NCBI GenBank assembly: GCA_016839445.1
Contig: JAEOUG010000096.1
Coordinates: 1 to 36,478, forward strand
DNA from: Candidatus Thorarchaeota archaeon
Lineage (GTDB): Archaea > Asgardarchaeota > Thorarchaeia > Thorarchaeales > Thorarchaeaceae
Direction of reading: 5' to 3'
DNA length: 36,478 nucleotides
The notes below the pieces were generated by a model, which was given only the letters and a program-made list of their open reading frames with translations, did no database searches and was not told the origin of the DNA. Positions 17,058 to 25,736 of the stretch are shown here, piece by piece; the stretch's first letter is position 1, and every line of letters starts with the position of its first letter. The translations under genes were made by a program, and so were the position numbers.

Positions 17058-20000
17058 GTGAGTGATGAAGCAGTGACAGAAAGCATGTCCATACTAAGGG
17101 ACACTCTGGGAGTAACCGAAGTTGAAACTCGTGTTCTACTTCCGATATTCCTTGGTGGGAACATGACCGCCGGAGGGATTTCGCTCCTATCCGGAGAAAA
17201 GATGACCTCGGTCAAGAGGGCGCTGAGCCGTCTTCAGACCAAGGGCCTAATCATAGAGATCGAGGGACGCGTTCCCGTCTACCAAGCTCTTCCACCCGGT
17301 CTTTCTCTTGGCGAGCTTCTTTCGGAGAAGCTTGAGGACATTGACCGTGTGATGAAGGAAGCCGAAACCATTGTGAAGGACCGAGACGAGCAGCTAGACG
17401 CTACTCTTGAAGCTGTTATGCAAGCCCAGTCGAAGGCACTTGACCATCTACAGCAGTCTTTGGACAAGTATGAGGAGAAGGTACTGAGTCTCGTGCAGTC
17501 CCAGATTGAGGGTGTGGTCAAAACCTCCACAGGAGTCATGGACAAGATCTCCGGAGACTTGGAGAAATCCATGCATCAATTGGACAGCTCCATTGACGAT
17601 CAACTAGGCACGAAGATGAAGGAGCTGCAAGTCGAGCTTGACAAGGGTCAGACCACGCTCAGCAAAGACATGAAGAAGATTGGCAAGGACTTCGACAATT
17701 GGCTGAAGAAGGAGCGTACCACAGTACTTGCCTCTACGCAGGAATTCGAGAAGAAGTCTCGCGAGGTTGTTGTCGCTGCCCGCGATGCTGTCACTGCCGC
17801 CCTTACGGAGTCCTCAGACTCGCTCAGGTCGATTGCCACTGGGGTTTCCGAGTCACTCACTTCTATGGCTTCAACTGCATCCGACGAGGGTCTGGAAGTC
17901 CTGAACGGCGTATCCAAAGACATCACAGATTTCATCACTCACTTGGACGCCGAGCTGGCTGAATCCTACGTCAATGGACAGAAAGCGATTGATGAAGTGA
18001 TTACTCAGGCAGGTGAGATCACTGCCGAATATGGTGAGTTCGCGAGAACGAAGATTGCGGCGGCTCGCGAGATTGCTGGCTCGATTGGTGAGCTTGCGGA
18101 CTCCTGGAAGGAGGAGGTTGGGGGCTTCATGGACGTGGCATCGCAGTCCGTGACCTCCCAGTTGACACAGGTTGCGAATACAGACACGAACTACCTGGAG
18201 ATGATGAAGACCTCCTTGACATCTCACATCGACAAGGTGAACTCACAGCTTGACACCGAATATGAGGAGCTAGGGAGCCTGGCCACAACTCTGGGAAGCG
18301 ACTGCGAGACCACCCTTGGCGAGACACGGGCACTTCTGCTTGAACTGCTGCAAGGCCAAGCAGAGTCAGAAACGGAAGCATGTGACCTAGCCACGAAAGG
18401 TCTCCATGACGAGCTTGACGGTTGGGTTGCGGGCACAGTGTCTTCCATCGAGAAAACACTGAACAGCGCCGCCACGGAAATAGGTGCCATTCTTGATACA
18501 GAATCAAATGAGATGAATGAGATTGCAGATGCAATGAGCAGTCGTCTCAAATCTGCTTTCGGAACGGTGATCAAGTCCACGCAGACGAAGAACGAGGGTC
18601 TCCTTACTGCAGTCAAGACAGCAGCTAGCGAGTTTGAGTCCAGCATTGGGGAGCGACTGGCAGAGATCATTGACAATTTCTCAGGTGCCACCCAGAAGCA
18701 GGTCAAAGACTCAAAGATGCATTATGAAGGATTGCGCGACAGGCTTGACAAGCGCATGGCGAGGTCTGTGGCCAACATCACATCTCACTCTGAGAGAGTC
18801 CAGAGGGAGGTCGAGACTACAATCACTGAGCAAGTCTCGAGGATGGACCAGCACACCGAGGCCATCAAAGCCGAGTTCCACACTCACCTAGAAGACATCA
18901 CGAAGCAGTTCGTCACCTTGACCCAAGGGCTCGAAGCCACCTTCAACGGACTGGTTTCAAGCCAGACTGTCGAAGCTCGGGACCTAATCACATCCACTCA
19001 CTCTGAGTTCAAGAGTGCTCTCAGAAACGAGATGGGCAGCCTCAAGGAGGAATCCACCAAGCTCCAGCAGGAGTATGCTACCGACCTTGGAATGAAGATC
19101 GATGAGGTCACATCTTCTGTTGAAGCCGCGAAGCGTGCATTGGATGAGCTTGCTCTAGAGAAGAGGCACGAGATTGCCCTACGAATGGCCACGACACTAA
19201 GCGATCTTGACGAGGCAGTCAGAAGTACCGAGACTAGTCTGATTGAGATGGAATCGGGAACTGTCAGGTCCTTCATAGACAACTTGGCTCAGGTTTCACA
19301 GGAGTTCAATACCACTGTAACAGGTGCCCGTGAATCCATCTCTGAGAAGCTTGAAGGCGCAGGCTCTGCGGTGAAGAGCGCTCTGGAGAAGAGCTCGGAA
19401 AATGCGAAGACCGCTGCGGACTCATTCGTGGGTTCTCAGAGCGATCTCAAGCAACGGTTTTTGGCAGATACGAGCAAGAAGATGAACAGGCTTGCCACAC
19501 GCCGCGTGAAAGCCGCAGGAGAAAAGATCGAGGCCTTCAGAACGGAGCTCTCGAACCGTGAAACCGAGGGTGTGAAGGACCGGGGGAAGGCCAAGACCGA
19601 GGTTGTCAGTGCCGTGGAGAAGCGTAGATCCGAAGTCGTCAAGGCTTTCGATTCGGCTTCTGAATGGGTGGACTCCACAATGGCAAACGTTGCCACTTCA
19701 TTAGACCAGTTGGGCACCAAGCTGAAGAATGAGCTGACCCTGATAGAGAGAGGTCTTCAGAAGGCCGCTGAGGAGTCTGGAGGCTCCATACAGGAACGTG
19801 GAGAATCTGACATTGAGAGGCTGCAGGAGATCAATGTGGCCCTCCTCAAGAGCGCTGAGAACATGATAAAGGTGAAGCTCGACGAGTTTGCCGACAAGTG
19901 TGCCTCGTCACTCTCAAGAGGAAACGAAGGTCTTGTTTCCATGCCGACAAGGATCTCAGAGCAAGTTGGCGACATTCAGGAGGGCATAGATGAGAAGACC

Positions 20001-20948
20001 ACTCAGAGCTACAGCGATGTAGCTGCCGGGCTCTCTGGCAAGTTCACAGAATATGAACGGGCGGCAGAATCTGCCACAGAGGACTTCCGAAACCTCCTCG
20101 AGTCTGTCTCAATCTCGGTGACTGAGAAGCGCGACGAATCTGTTGACCTGATGGAGAAGAACATCGTAGCGGCCAACCAGCTCGCCTCGAGGAAGTTCGA
20201 AGCAATTGGACTTGAGTTCAAGACGAAGCTCAGTAGTGAAACAGCAGCGCTTCTCGGAAGCACACAGTCCAACATCGCAACCAAGAGCCTTCGTATCACA
20301 GAGGCCGTCACTGATGCCACTAATCGGACAAACGAAGACACGTCTGCGCTATCACAGTCACGAATCGAGGCACTGACATCCTTTGGTGAAAAATCCGAAA
20401 AGGCCGTGCGCAAGTGGTCGGTTGATCAGAAGAAGCAGACTGCGAAGCTCTCGGATGGAATCGTGTCGACTCTGAGTGAGGTGAAGAATACAACCAAGAG
20501 TGCTGCAGATTCGGTCTCGGCCATTCACAGACTCAGCAAGACTCTACTCAAGGCTCCGCCGAAGCGGACTTGGTATCTATCTGGCCTAGAAGAGGCATGT
20601 GCGCATGTTCTCGACATGGTCGGCAGAGCAGAGGAGTCGATAGTGGTTTCGGTACCGAACATGGAGTGCTTGGACCTCAAGCAGCTAGGAAAGGCTAAGG
20701 ATGTCCCAAGAAGGATTCTCATCTTGCCTGATACCGATGAGGCGCAGGAGACTGAGGGTGTGGATGGCTGGCGTGTCTGGCGGACCAAGACCCCTATGCT
20801 TCTTGCAGTCTTAGACGACAAGGAATTGCTCATCGGTGGCTCAAGTGAGGGAGAGAGCCCAATGGTGATTGTGTCAGAAGAGGACTCATACCTCCGTCTT
20901 TACCACGACATCCTTGGACCCCGACTGGTCGCAGGTCGCATCCGCTGA
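17058..20948 (+). CDS. Giant TrmB-like protein: N-terminal wHTH, ~1100-aa helical insert, C-terminal PLD-like effector domain
   Basis: LGVTEVETRV..MTAGGIS..VKRALSRLQTKGLI..GRVPVYQALPP; C-terminal MVGRAEESIVVSVP ... AVLDDKELLIG. Start is either GTG 17058 or 17010. Confidence 0.82.
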   Translation: MSDEAVTESMSILRDTLGVTEVETRVLLPIFLGGNMTAGGISLLSGEKMTSVKRALSRLQTKGLIIEIEGRVPVYQALPPGLSLGELLSEKLEDIDRVMKEAETIVKDRDEQLDATLEAVMQAQSKALDHLQQSLDKYEEKVLSLVQSQIEGVVKTSTGVMDKISGDLEKSMHQLDSSIDDQLGTKMKELQVELDKGQTTLSKDMKKIGKDFDNWLKKERTTVLASTQEFEKKSREVVVAARDAVTAALTESSDSLRSIATGVSESLTSMASTASDEGLEVLNGVSKDITDFITHLDAELAESYVNGQKAIDEVITQAGEITAEYGEFARTKIAAAREIAGSIGELADSWKEEVGGFMDVASQSVTSQLTQVANTDTNYLEMMKTSLTSHIDKVNSQLDTEYEELGSLATTLGSDCETTLGETRALLLELLQGQAESETEACDLATKGLHDELDGWVAGTVSSIEKTLNSAATEIGAILDTESNEMNEIADAMSSRLKSAFGTVIKSTQTKNEGLLTAVKTAASEFESSIGERLAEIIDNFSGATQKQVKDSKMHYEGLRDRLDKRMARSVANITSHSERVQREVETTITEQVSRMDQHTEAIKAEFHTHLEDITKQFVTLTQGLEATFNGLVSSQTVEARDLITSTHSEFKSALRNEMGSLKEESTKLQQEYATDLGMKIDEVTSSVEAAKRALDELALEKRHEIALRMATTLSDLDEAVRSTETSLIEMESGTVRSFIDNLAQVSQEFNTTVTGARESISEKLEGAGSAVKSALEKSSENAKTAADSFVGSQSDLKQRFLADTSKKMNRLATRRVKAAGEKIEAFRTELSNRETEGVKDRGKAKTEVVSAVEKRRSEVVKAFDSASEWVDSTMANVATSLDQLGTKLKNELTLIERGLQKAAEESGGSIQERGESDIERLQEINVALLKSAENMIKVKLDEFADKCASSLSRGNEGLVSMPTRISEQVGDIQEGIDEKTTQSYSDVAAGLSGKFTEYERAAESATEDFRNLLESVSISVTEKRDESVDLMEKNIVAANQLASRKFEAIGLEFKTKLSSETAALLGSTQSNIATKSLRITEAVTDATNRTNEDTSALSQSRIEALTSFGEKSEKAVRKWSVDQKKQTAKLSDGIVSTLSEVKNTTKSAADSVSAIHRLSKTLLKAPPKRTWYLSGLEEACAHVLDMVGRAEESIVVSVPNMECLDLKQLGKAKDVPRRILILPDTDEAQETEGVDGWRVWRTKTPMLLAVLDDKELLIGGSSEGESPMVIVSEEDSYLRLYHDILGPRLVAGRIR

Positions 20949-20951
20949 GAG

Positions 20952-21413
20952 TCAGAGGTTCGACGAGTAGATGATGGCATCTTCGGCACCGTAGAACCCC
21001 ACTACGCGCCCTGATGCCGCAAACCCTGCTCGCTCGTAGAGGTGCCTCGCGATAGAGTTGCTCTCTCTGACTTCCAGTGTAGCATGTGTACGCCCTCTCT
21101 TCCTCATTTGCACAAGGACCTCCTCCAGGATGAGCCTGCCAAACCCTTGGCTTCTGTGCTCTCCCGCCACGGCGAGATTGATCAAGTGGCCCTCTCCTCC
21201 TTTCTGTTCCCAGACTGCGTACCCAACAATCTCCTGTCGGTGAGTGAGCACCATCATCTCAATCAGCGACCCAGTTGTTGAAAGCGCTCTTCCAGATTGT
21301 CTTGCCAGAATGCGGAACATCTCAGGGTCCCAAGGATCAGGGAAAGATGACTCCTCTATCTCGGCGATTCGCTCAACATCAGTCTCCAGGACTGGTCTCA
21401 GGTTTCCCTCCAA
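20952..21413 (-). CDS. rimI: RimI/Ard1-like GNAT N-acetyltransferase
   Basis: IEESSFPDPW, HLINLAV..HRSQGFG and LEVRESN..ARHLYERAGF. Confidence 0.92.
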   Translation of the reverse strand: MEGNLRPVLETDVERIAEIEESSFPDPWDPEMFRILARQSGRALSTTGSLIEMMVLTHRQEIVGYAVWEQKGGEGHLINLAVAGEHRSQGFGRLILEEVLVQMRKRGRTHATLEVRESNSIARHLYERAGFAASGRVVGFYGAEDAIIYSSNL

Positions 21414-21424
21414 TGTTCATCGTC

Positions 21425-21790
21425 TCATCGACTGTAGTTGTCATTGCGATTGGCGACCGGTGCGCCACAATATGCACAGAACTCCGCTCTCTCAGGAATC
21501 GGTTCACCACACACTGAGCAGATATCAGTGGATCTGATGTATCTGGGCAGTTCTCCTGTGACATCTCTGGACATCTCTGGCTGAATCACACAGAATCTTA
21601 GCGACACGACCAAAATGACAAGTGTTAGAAGAATTGAAACAACTGCTGCAGTTCCTCCTGTTCCCAGAAAGACGAAGGGAAACACAAAGAAGATGCCTCC
21701 ACCCTCGCCGCCTGAGATCATGGCAAGCAATACTACGCCAATCATTACGAAAGCAAAGCCTGCAGCGATGACATACTCGGACCGATTCAA
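21425..21790 (-). CDS. Small membrane protein (DUF131-like) with a C-terminal zinc ribbon
   Basis: Hydrophobic helices around GGGIFFVFPFVFLG; CSVCG-x9-CAYCG. Confidence 0.8.
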   Translation of the reverse strand: MNRSEYVIAAGFAFVMIGVVLLAMISGGEGGGIFFVFPFVFLGTGGTAAVVSILLTLVILVVSLRFCVIQPEMSRDVTGELPRYIRSTDICSVCGEPIPERAEFCAYCGAPVANRNDNYSR

Positions 21791-21811
21791 TGCGCTCTAC
21801 CTTCGCTATAC

Positions 21812-22165
21812 TCAAAGCATGTTTCTTTCTTTGAGTTGCCGAACGATATTCTGGTACTTCGTGTCATCGGAAATCATATCGTTCACTTGAGCCTCTAGCT
21901 GGTGGGTGCCAGGGAGCAGCTTCACGCTCACCTCGCTATCGGGGAACACTTCCTCGAGTTTGTGTCTGATAAGGATACCAATGAGTCCGCCCATTGGACA
22001 ATAGGGTACAGTAGGTTTGAACTGCACATTGATTGTGCTGTCTGCGATTTCGATGAACTCCTCCTTGACAATCCCCATTCTCGGGTCAGTGATTGAGATC
22101 GGATGCTCTGGGTCCATCACCGGCGCCAGGGCCTGAAAAACCTCAGTCCTCGTTGTCATTGGCAT
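21812..22165 (-). CDS. MIP18/Cia2 (DUF59) Fe-S assembly protein
   Basis: DPEHPISI, FKPTVPYCPMGGLIG and PGTH motifs. Confidence 0.88.
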   Translation of the reverse strand: MPMTTRTEVFQALAPVMDPEHPISITDPRMGIVKEEFIEIADSTINVQFKPTVPYCPMGGLIGILIRHKLEEVFPDSEVSVKLLPGTHQLEAQVNDMISDDTKYQNIVRQLKERNML

Positions 22166-22296
22166 CTCCTGACGACCCCGCCTTCTGGGGGCTTAATAAT
22201 CTATGCTTGCAGATGACAGAAACTCATGACACAAGACATATGAGCAGATACCCCCCCTCCACGTCTATTCCGATTAGTGGGATGGGTGTATCACCA

Positions 22297-22749
22297 TTGT
22301 CAAAGAAACGCGCCAAGTCAAGATACCTATTCAAGATTACTGTCCTGGGCCCCGACGATGCTCTTCTGGAGTCCGTCTTGTCAAACTTCAATGACCCAGT
22401 GGTTTCGGTTGATGGGATACGCATCGGGTCCACCGATCTGGATCTTGACTCCTCTGAGGTTCATGCGGTATTCATGTCACCTCGCCATAGCGCCCTCGAC
22501 ATTCTGCTTGCCCTCACATTCAGAGGTGCGAGCGGGGCAGTCATTGTCCTGAAAGAGGCCGATCCTCAAATCGAGGCTCTCTACAGAAACGAGGTTCGAG
22601 AGAACCTTGGAGCAAACGTTCCCACACGGACCGTCGTTATTGACTCCGAGCTTGACAAGTTCAAGCAGACCGAGATTCACCACCTCTTCGATGAGGTAAT
22701 CAGTGAGATTCTTGAGCAGCGGAAGAAGGGCCAGAAGAAGAAGAAATGA
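22297..22749 (+). CDS. Rab/Ras-like small GTPase homologue with degenerate G-motifs
   Basis: YLFKITVLG, FRGASGAVIV and EIHHLFDEVISEIL match the Rab scaffold; no GKS/T, DxxG or NKxD. Start is TTG 22297 or ATG 22282. Confidence 0.7.
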   Translation: MSKKRAKSRYLFKITVLGPDDALLESVLSNFNDPVVSVDGIRIGSTDLDLDSSEVHAVFMSPRHSALDILLALTFRGASGAVIVLKEADPQIEALYRNEVRENLGANVPTRTVVIDSELDKFKQTEIHHLFDEVISEILEQRKKGQKKKK

Positions 22750-22802
22750 ATGTAAGACAGGCGTAATCACAACGCTTTTCTCAGGTCTGCTCTCCATGCA
22801 AC

Positions 22803-23735
22803 ATGGTGTCAGTGGTGACAGAAGACGACGGCAGGTCTGACGACTACTGGATGGGCGTCAGGGACGCACTCAGAATGGTTGACTCCTTCCTGAAATGGAG
22901 ACAGAAGAACACGAGCCGAGCGAAGACCCTAGAGGACTTCATCCATGATGGTCTCATTGCAGCAGCAAAGAGGTGTGAGTCATGCCTCAGCGAGAAGCTT
23001 GGCGTGAGATTCGATTCACAGGAGCCGCCCACAGAACCCGACGAACTGCCATCCGACTTTGAATCTACTCCAACCACTCTGACAGATGCAGCTGTAGATG
23101 CCCTCTCTGAGTCGCCACCTGAAGAGGCAACATCCTATGAAGATGAAATACCCGCGGAAACCGAGATCCCAGAAGAGGGGATGACTGTCGACAGTGTGGA
23201 GAGGACCACAGATGAGCTACTGGAAGATGTCGACATTGAGGGGCCCGCAAGGGACTTCACCTCGGATTTCGAGCTTGTAGAGCCTTCACCTCTCGTGATC
23301 GACGAGTCTGAGGAGTCTGTTGAACCCGACGAGAGCGCTTGGATGACTGAGGACGAAGAGGATGATGAGCCAGAAGAAGCGCAGGCACCAGCCTCATTCA
23401 CTTGGGCCGAGTACGAGGAAGCTGTGACTCCATCGGAGGAGACCGCTGAGGAAGAGGAGGAGGAACTTGAGCAAGACGATGAACCGGATTTCCTTCCTGA
23501 AGAGCCTCCCGATGTCTGGAATCCGTATGACGAGCCATCAATCTCTGACGAGGAGCTGAGCAGGGAAACTCAGGATGAGCCGATACCTGACGCTGATACT
23601 CTCGACGATGTAGAGGCCGGCGAGGATATTGAAGAGGCTTCCGCAGCTCCCCCACCTCCACCCCCTCCTCCCGAGAGTGACGAGGACGAGGAGGAACGCA
23701 AGAGGAGGGCCCGAAGGCTATTCTTCGGTGCCTAA
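22803..23735 (+). CDS. Acidic intrinsically disordered protein with folded N-terminal domain, polyproline tract and basic/aromatic C-terminal helix
   Basis: N-terminal YWMGVRDALRMV..CESC; about 220 aa rich in D/E/P; APPPPPPPPE; EEERKRRARRLFFGA. Confidence 0.85.
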   Translation: MVSVVTEDDGRSDDYWMGVRDALRMVDSFLKWRQKNTSRAKTLEDFIHDGLIAAAKRCESCLSEKLGVRFDSQEPPTEPDELPSDFESTPTTLTDAAVDALSESPPEEATSYEDEIPAETEIPEEGMTVDSVERTTDELLEDVDIEGPARDFTSDFELVEPSPLVIDESEESVEPDESAWMTEDEEDDEPEEAQAPASFTWAEYEEAVTPSEETAEEEEEELEQDDEPDFLPEEPPDVWNPYDEPSISDEELSRETQDEPIPDADTLDDVEAGEDIEEASAAPPPPPPPPESDEDEEERKRRARRLFFGA

Positions 23736-24763
23736 TCCTGGGAGTCAACTATTCTCCTGTACAACCTGATTGCGTGGTCCGGAGAGGCAACTCCCTTCAC
23801 AATGGCGTTTCCACCCTGCATCAGTGTGACTCGAGATCCATCTTCAAAGGTCACACTCAAAGCTCTCTTACCACCTCTGGCGGCTAGGCTCTTGTCCAGA
23901 TTTGTGCGTATACTGTCAAGATCTAGTTTCTCTCCTTCAGCAGGCGTTACGTTGTAGTTCTTTGAGCAGAGCAGTGTGGCTGTTATCTCTGAAGGAGAAT
24001 CTGATACGAGGGTCTGTGGTGAAGAGCATTCAGGGCAGCCCTCTGCCCTTCCTATGTCAAATACCTCAAACGAAAGCGTCGCTGTTTCGATCGCCATCAG
24101 ACGGTTCTGCAAATGTGGCGTCTTTCCAGTGGCAATCCTAAGTGCTTCATCGACCTGTACTGATGCAGCTATTGATAGAAGTGTTGGAGACACGCCTACA
24201 TTGGCGCACGTGTTCTCGGGGTTGTCCTGCGCATCTCCCATGACACAACTAAGACAACCGGTCTCACCAGGGATGAATGTACTTAGATTGGCGTAGTATT
24301 CAACAGCTCCCGCGAAGATGTACGGCACCGAAAGGGCAAGGCTGGCCTTATTCAGAGCTCTCCTCGCCTGAAACGTGTCTAGTCCATCTACGATGATGTC
24401 TGTACCTCTGAGAATGGGCGTCGCGTTTCTCTCAGTTATTGACGCACACACAGGCTCATACTCTACATTGGGATTCATGAGCTCCAAGTTCTCAGCTGCA
24501 GCCTCGGCCTTCGGCCTTCCTATGTCCCTCGTGTTATAGACGGTCTGCCTCTGGATGTTGGACAACTCAACAATGTCCCTGTCGACAATGAGAATTCTGC
24601 CAAACCCTATTGCAGCCAGCAGTCTAAGTGCTGGACTCCCGAGTCCCCCTGCGCCAACCACTGCGACAGAAGTAGCCATAATGGACTCCATATCTTCCTC
24701 GCTGATGTCTCTCAGTGCAAGCATTCTGGAGTAACGGTCTCGCAAGTCATCAGTCAGTTTCAT
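23732..24763 (-). CDS. ThiF/MoeB/UbaA E1-like adenylyltransferase with a C-terminal extension
   Basis: RYSR, GAGGLG, DRDIVELSNIQRQ, CLSC, TCANVG and CPEC. Likely start MKLTD at 24763. Confidence 0.92.
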   Translation of the reverse strand: MKLTDDLRDRYSRMLALRDISEEDMESIMATSVAVVGAGGLGSPALRLLAAIGFGRILIVDRDIVELSNIQRQTVYNTRDIGRPKAEAAAENLELMNPNVEYEPVCASITERNATPILRGTDIIVDGLDTFQARRALNKASLALSVPYIFAGAVEYYANLSTFIPGETGCLSCVMGDAQDNPENTCANVGVSPTLLSIAASVQVDEALRIATGKTPHLQNRLMAIETATLSFEVFDIGRAEGCPECSSPQTLVSDSPSEITATLLCSKNYNVTPAEGEKLDLDSIRTNLDKSLAARGGKRALSVTFEDGSRVTLMQGGNAIVKGVASPDHAIRLYRRIVDSQD

Positions 24764-24824
24764 CGCTCTAGCTCCTAGGAGATGTGGAGTTTCACTTAAA
24801 GCCTTGGACATCAGAATGATTGCC

Positions 24825-25646
24825 ATGCCAGAGAAGGTCCATGTTGCAGTGGCAGTCAAGAGAACACCGAGGGAAGCTCTGATGACCGCCCTGGGATTCC
24901 TGCCTGATCCTCTTTCCAAAGGAGCCTCCGCCCAGAGAGTTGTTGTCAAGCCTTCGATATACGATCCTCGCCTCATTGGCAACACGGACCTTGAGATGGC
25001 ACGAGCTGTCGTAGGCCTGTTCAGGAAAGCAATGCAGATCTGTCTAGTTGAGAGCGATAATCCACTTCGTACATCAGAAGAAGCCTTCGAGATGACTGGA
25101 TACAGTACCTTGGCAGATGAGCGCGTTGAACTAGTGAACCTCTCACAAGCGGAGCTCCGCGAAGTTCAGTTTCTTGGGAATCATTTCGGAAAGAGAGAAA
25201 TGCCCTCGGTGCTACATGGGGCCAGACTGCTGCTCAATCTTGCCACAATGAAGGCCGAGCCTGGGGTCACCTCTGTTGGCGCAGGCGTGAAGAACCTCTT
25301 TGGACTCCTCCCCGAGCGAGACAAGAGCATCTACCACTCCACCATAGACTCGGTCCTTGTTGATTTGCTTGCATGCTACCGCCCCGACCTTACCATCATC
25401 GACCTCACGAACCCGGTCATTGGAAAGAGAGAGGCTGGTGTTTCGCGGCATCTTGGTGGCGTCATTGTCGGAGCTGACCCATTAGCGGTCGATGCTATCT
25501 GTGCTGACCTTCTGGGCGTTGACCCCCTCGAAGTGCCATTCCTGAGAATGGCATATGAGAGAGGACTTGGAGAAATCCTCCTGGACCGAATAAGTATCCT
25601 TGGAACTGATCATCAGAAGGAACGGCTGTTTCAGTTCTTCCACTAG
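24825..25646 (+). CDS. DUF362 family protein
   Basis: VVVKP, VESD, KNLFGLLP, PDLTIID, DPLAVD and AYERGLG. Confidence 0.85.
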   Translation: MPEKVHVAVAVKRTPREALMTALGFLPDPLSKGASAQRVVVKPSIYDPRLIGNTDLEMARAVVGLFRKAMQICLVESDNPLRTSEEAFEMTGYSTLADERVELVNLSQAELREVQFLGNHFGKREMPSVLHGARLLLNLATMKAEPGVTSVGAGVKNLFGLLPERDKSIYHSTIDSVLVDLLACYRPDLTIIDLTNPVIGKREAGVSRHLGGVIVGADPLAVDAICADLLGVDPLEVPFLRMAYERGLGEILLDRISILGTDHQKERLFQFFH

Positions 25647-25736
25647 TTGCCAATACACAAACAATTTATCAAACGACCTTCCCGAGCGGACCTGCTTGAG
25701 CATCGGTGGCAAGATGCTCGCTGGGTCGTGAACAGT

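Noticed and set aside
22093-22281. Long N-terminus of the pseudo-GTPase ORF
   Set aside because: It overlaps the divergent DUF59 gene and its promoter.
24764-24985. Hydrophobic N-terminal extension of the E1 enzyme
   Set aside because: It is antisense to the DUF362 start; the ThiF RYSR motif places the start at 24763.
25644-25736. In-frame TAG joining DUF362 to the aminotransferase
   Set aside because: The spacer contains a TTTATC promoter-like element, both proteins are complete, and in-frame spacing is expected by chance.
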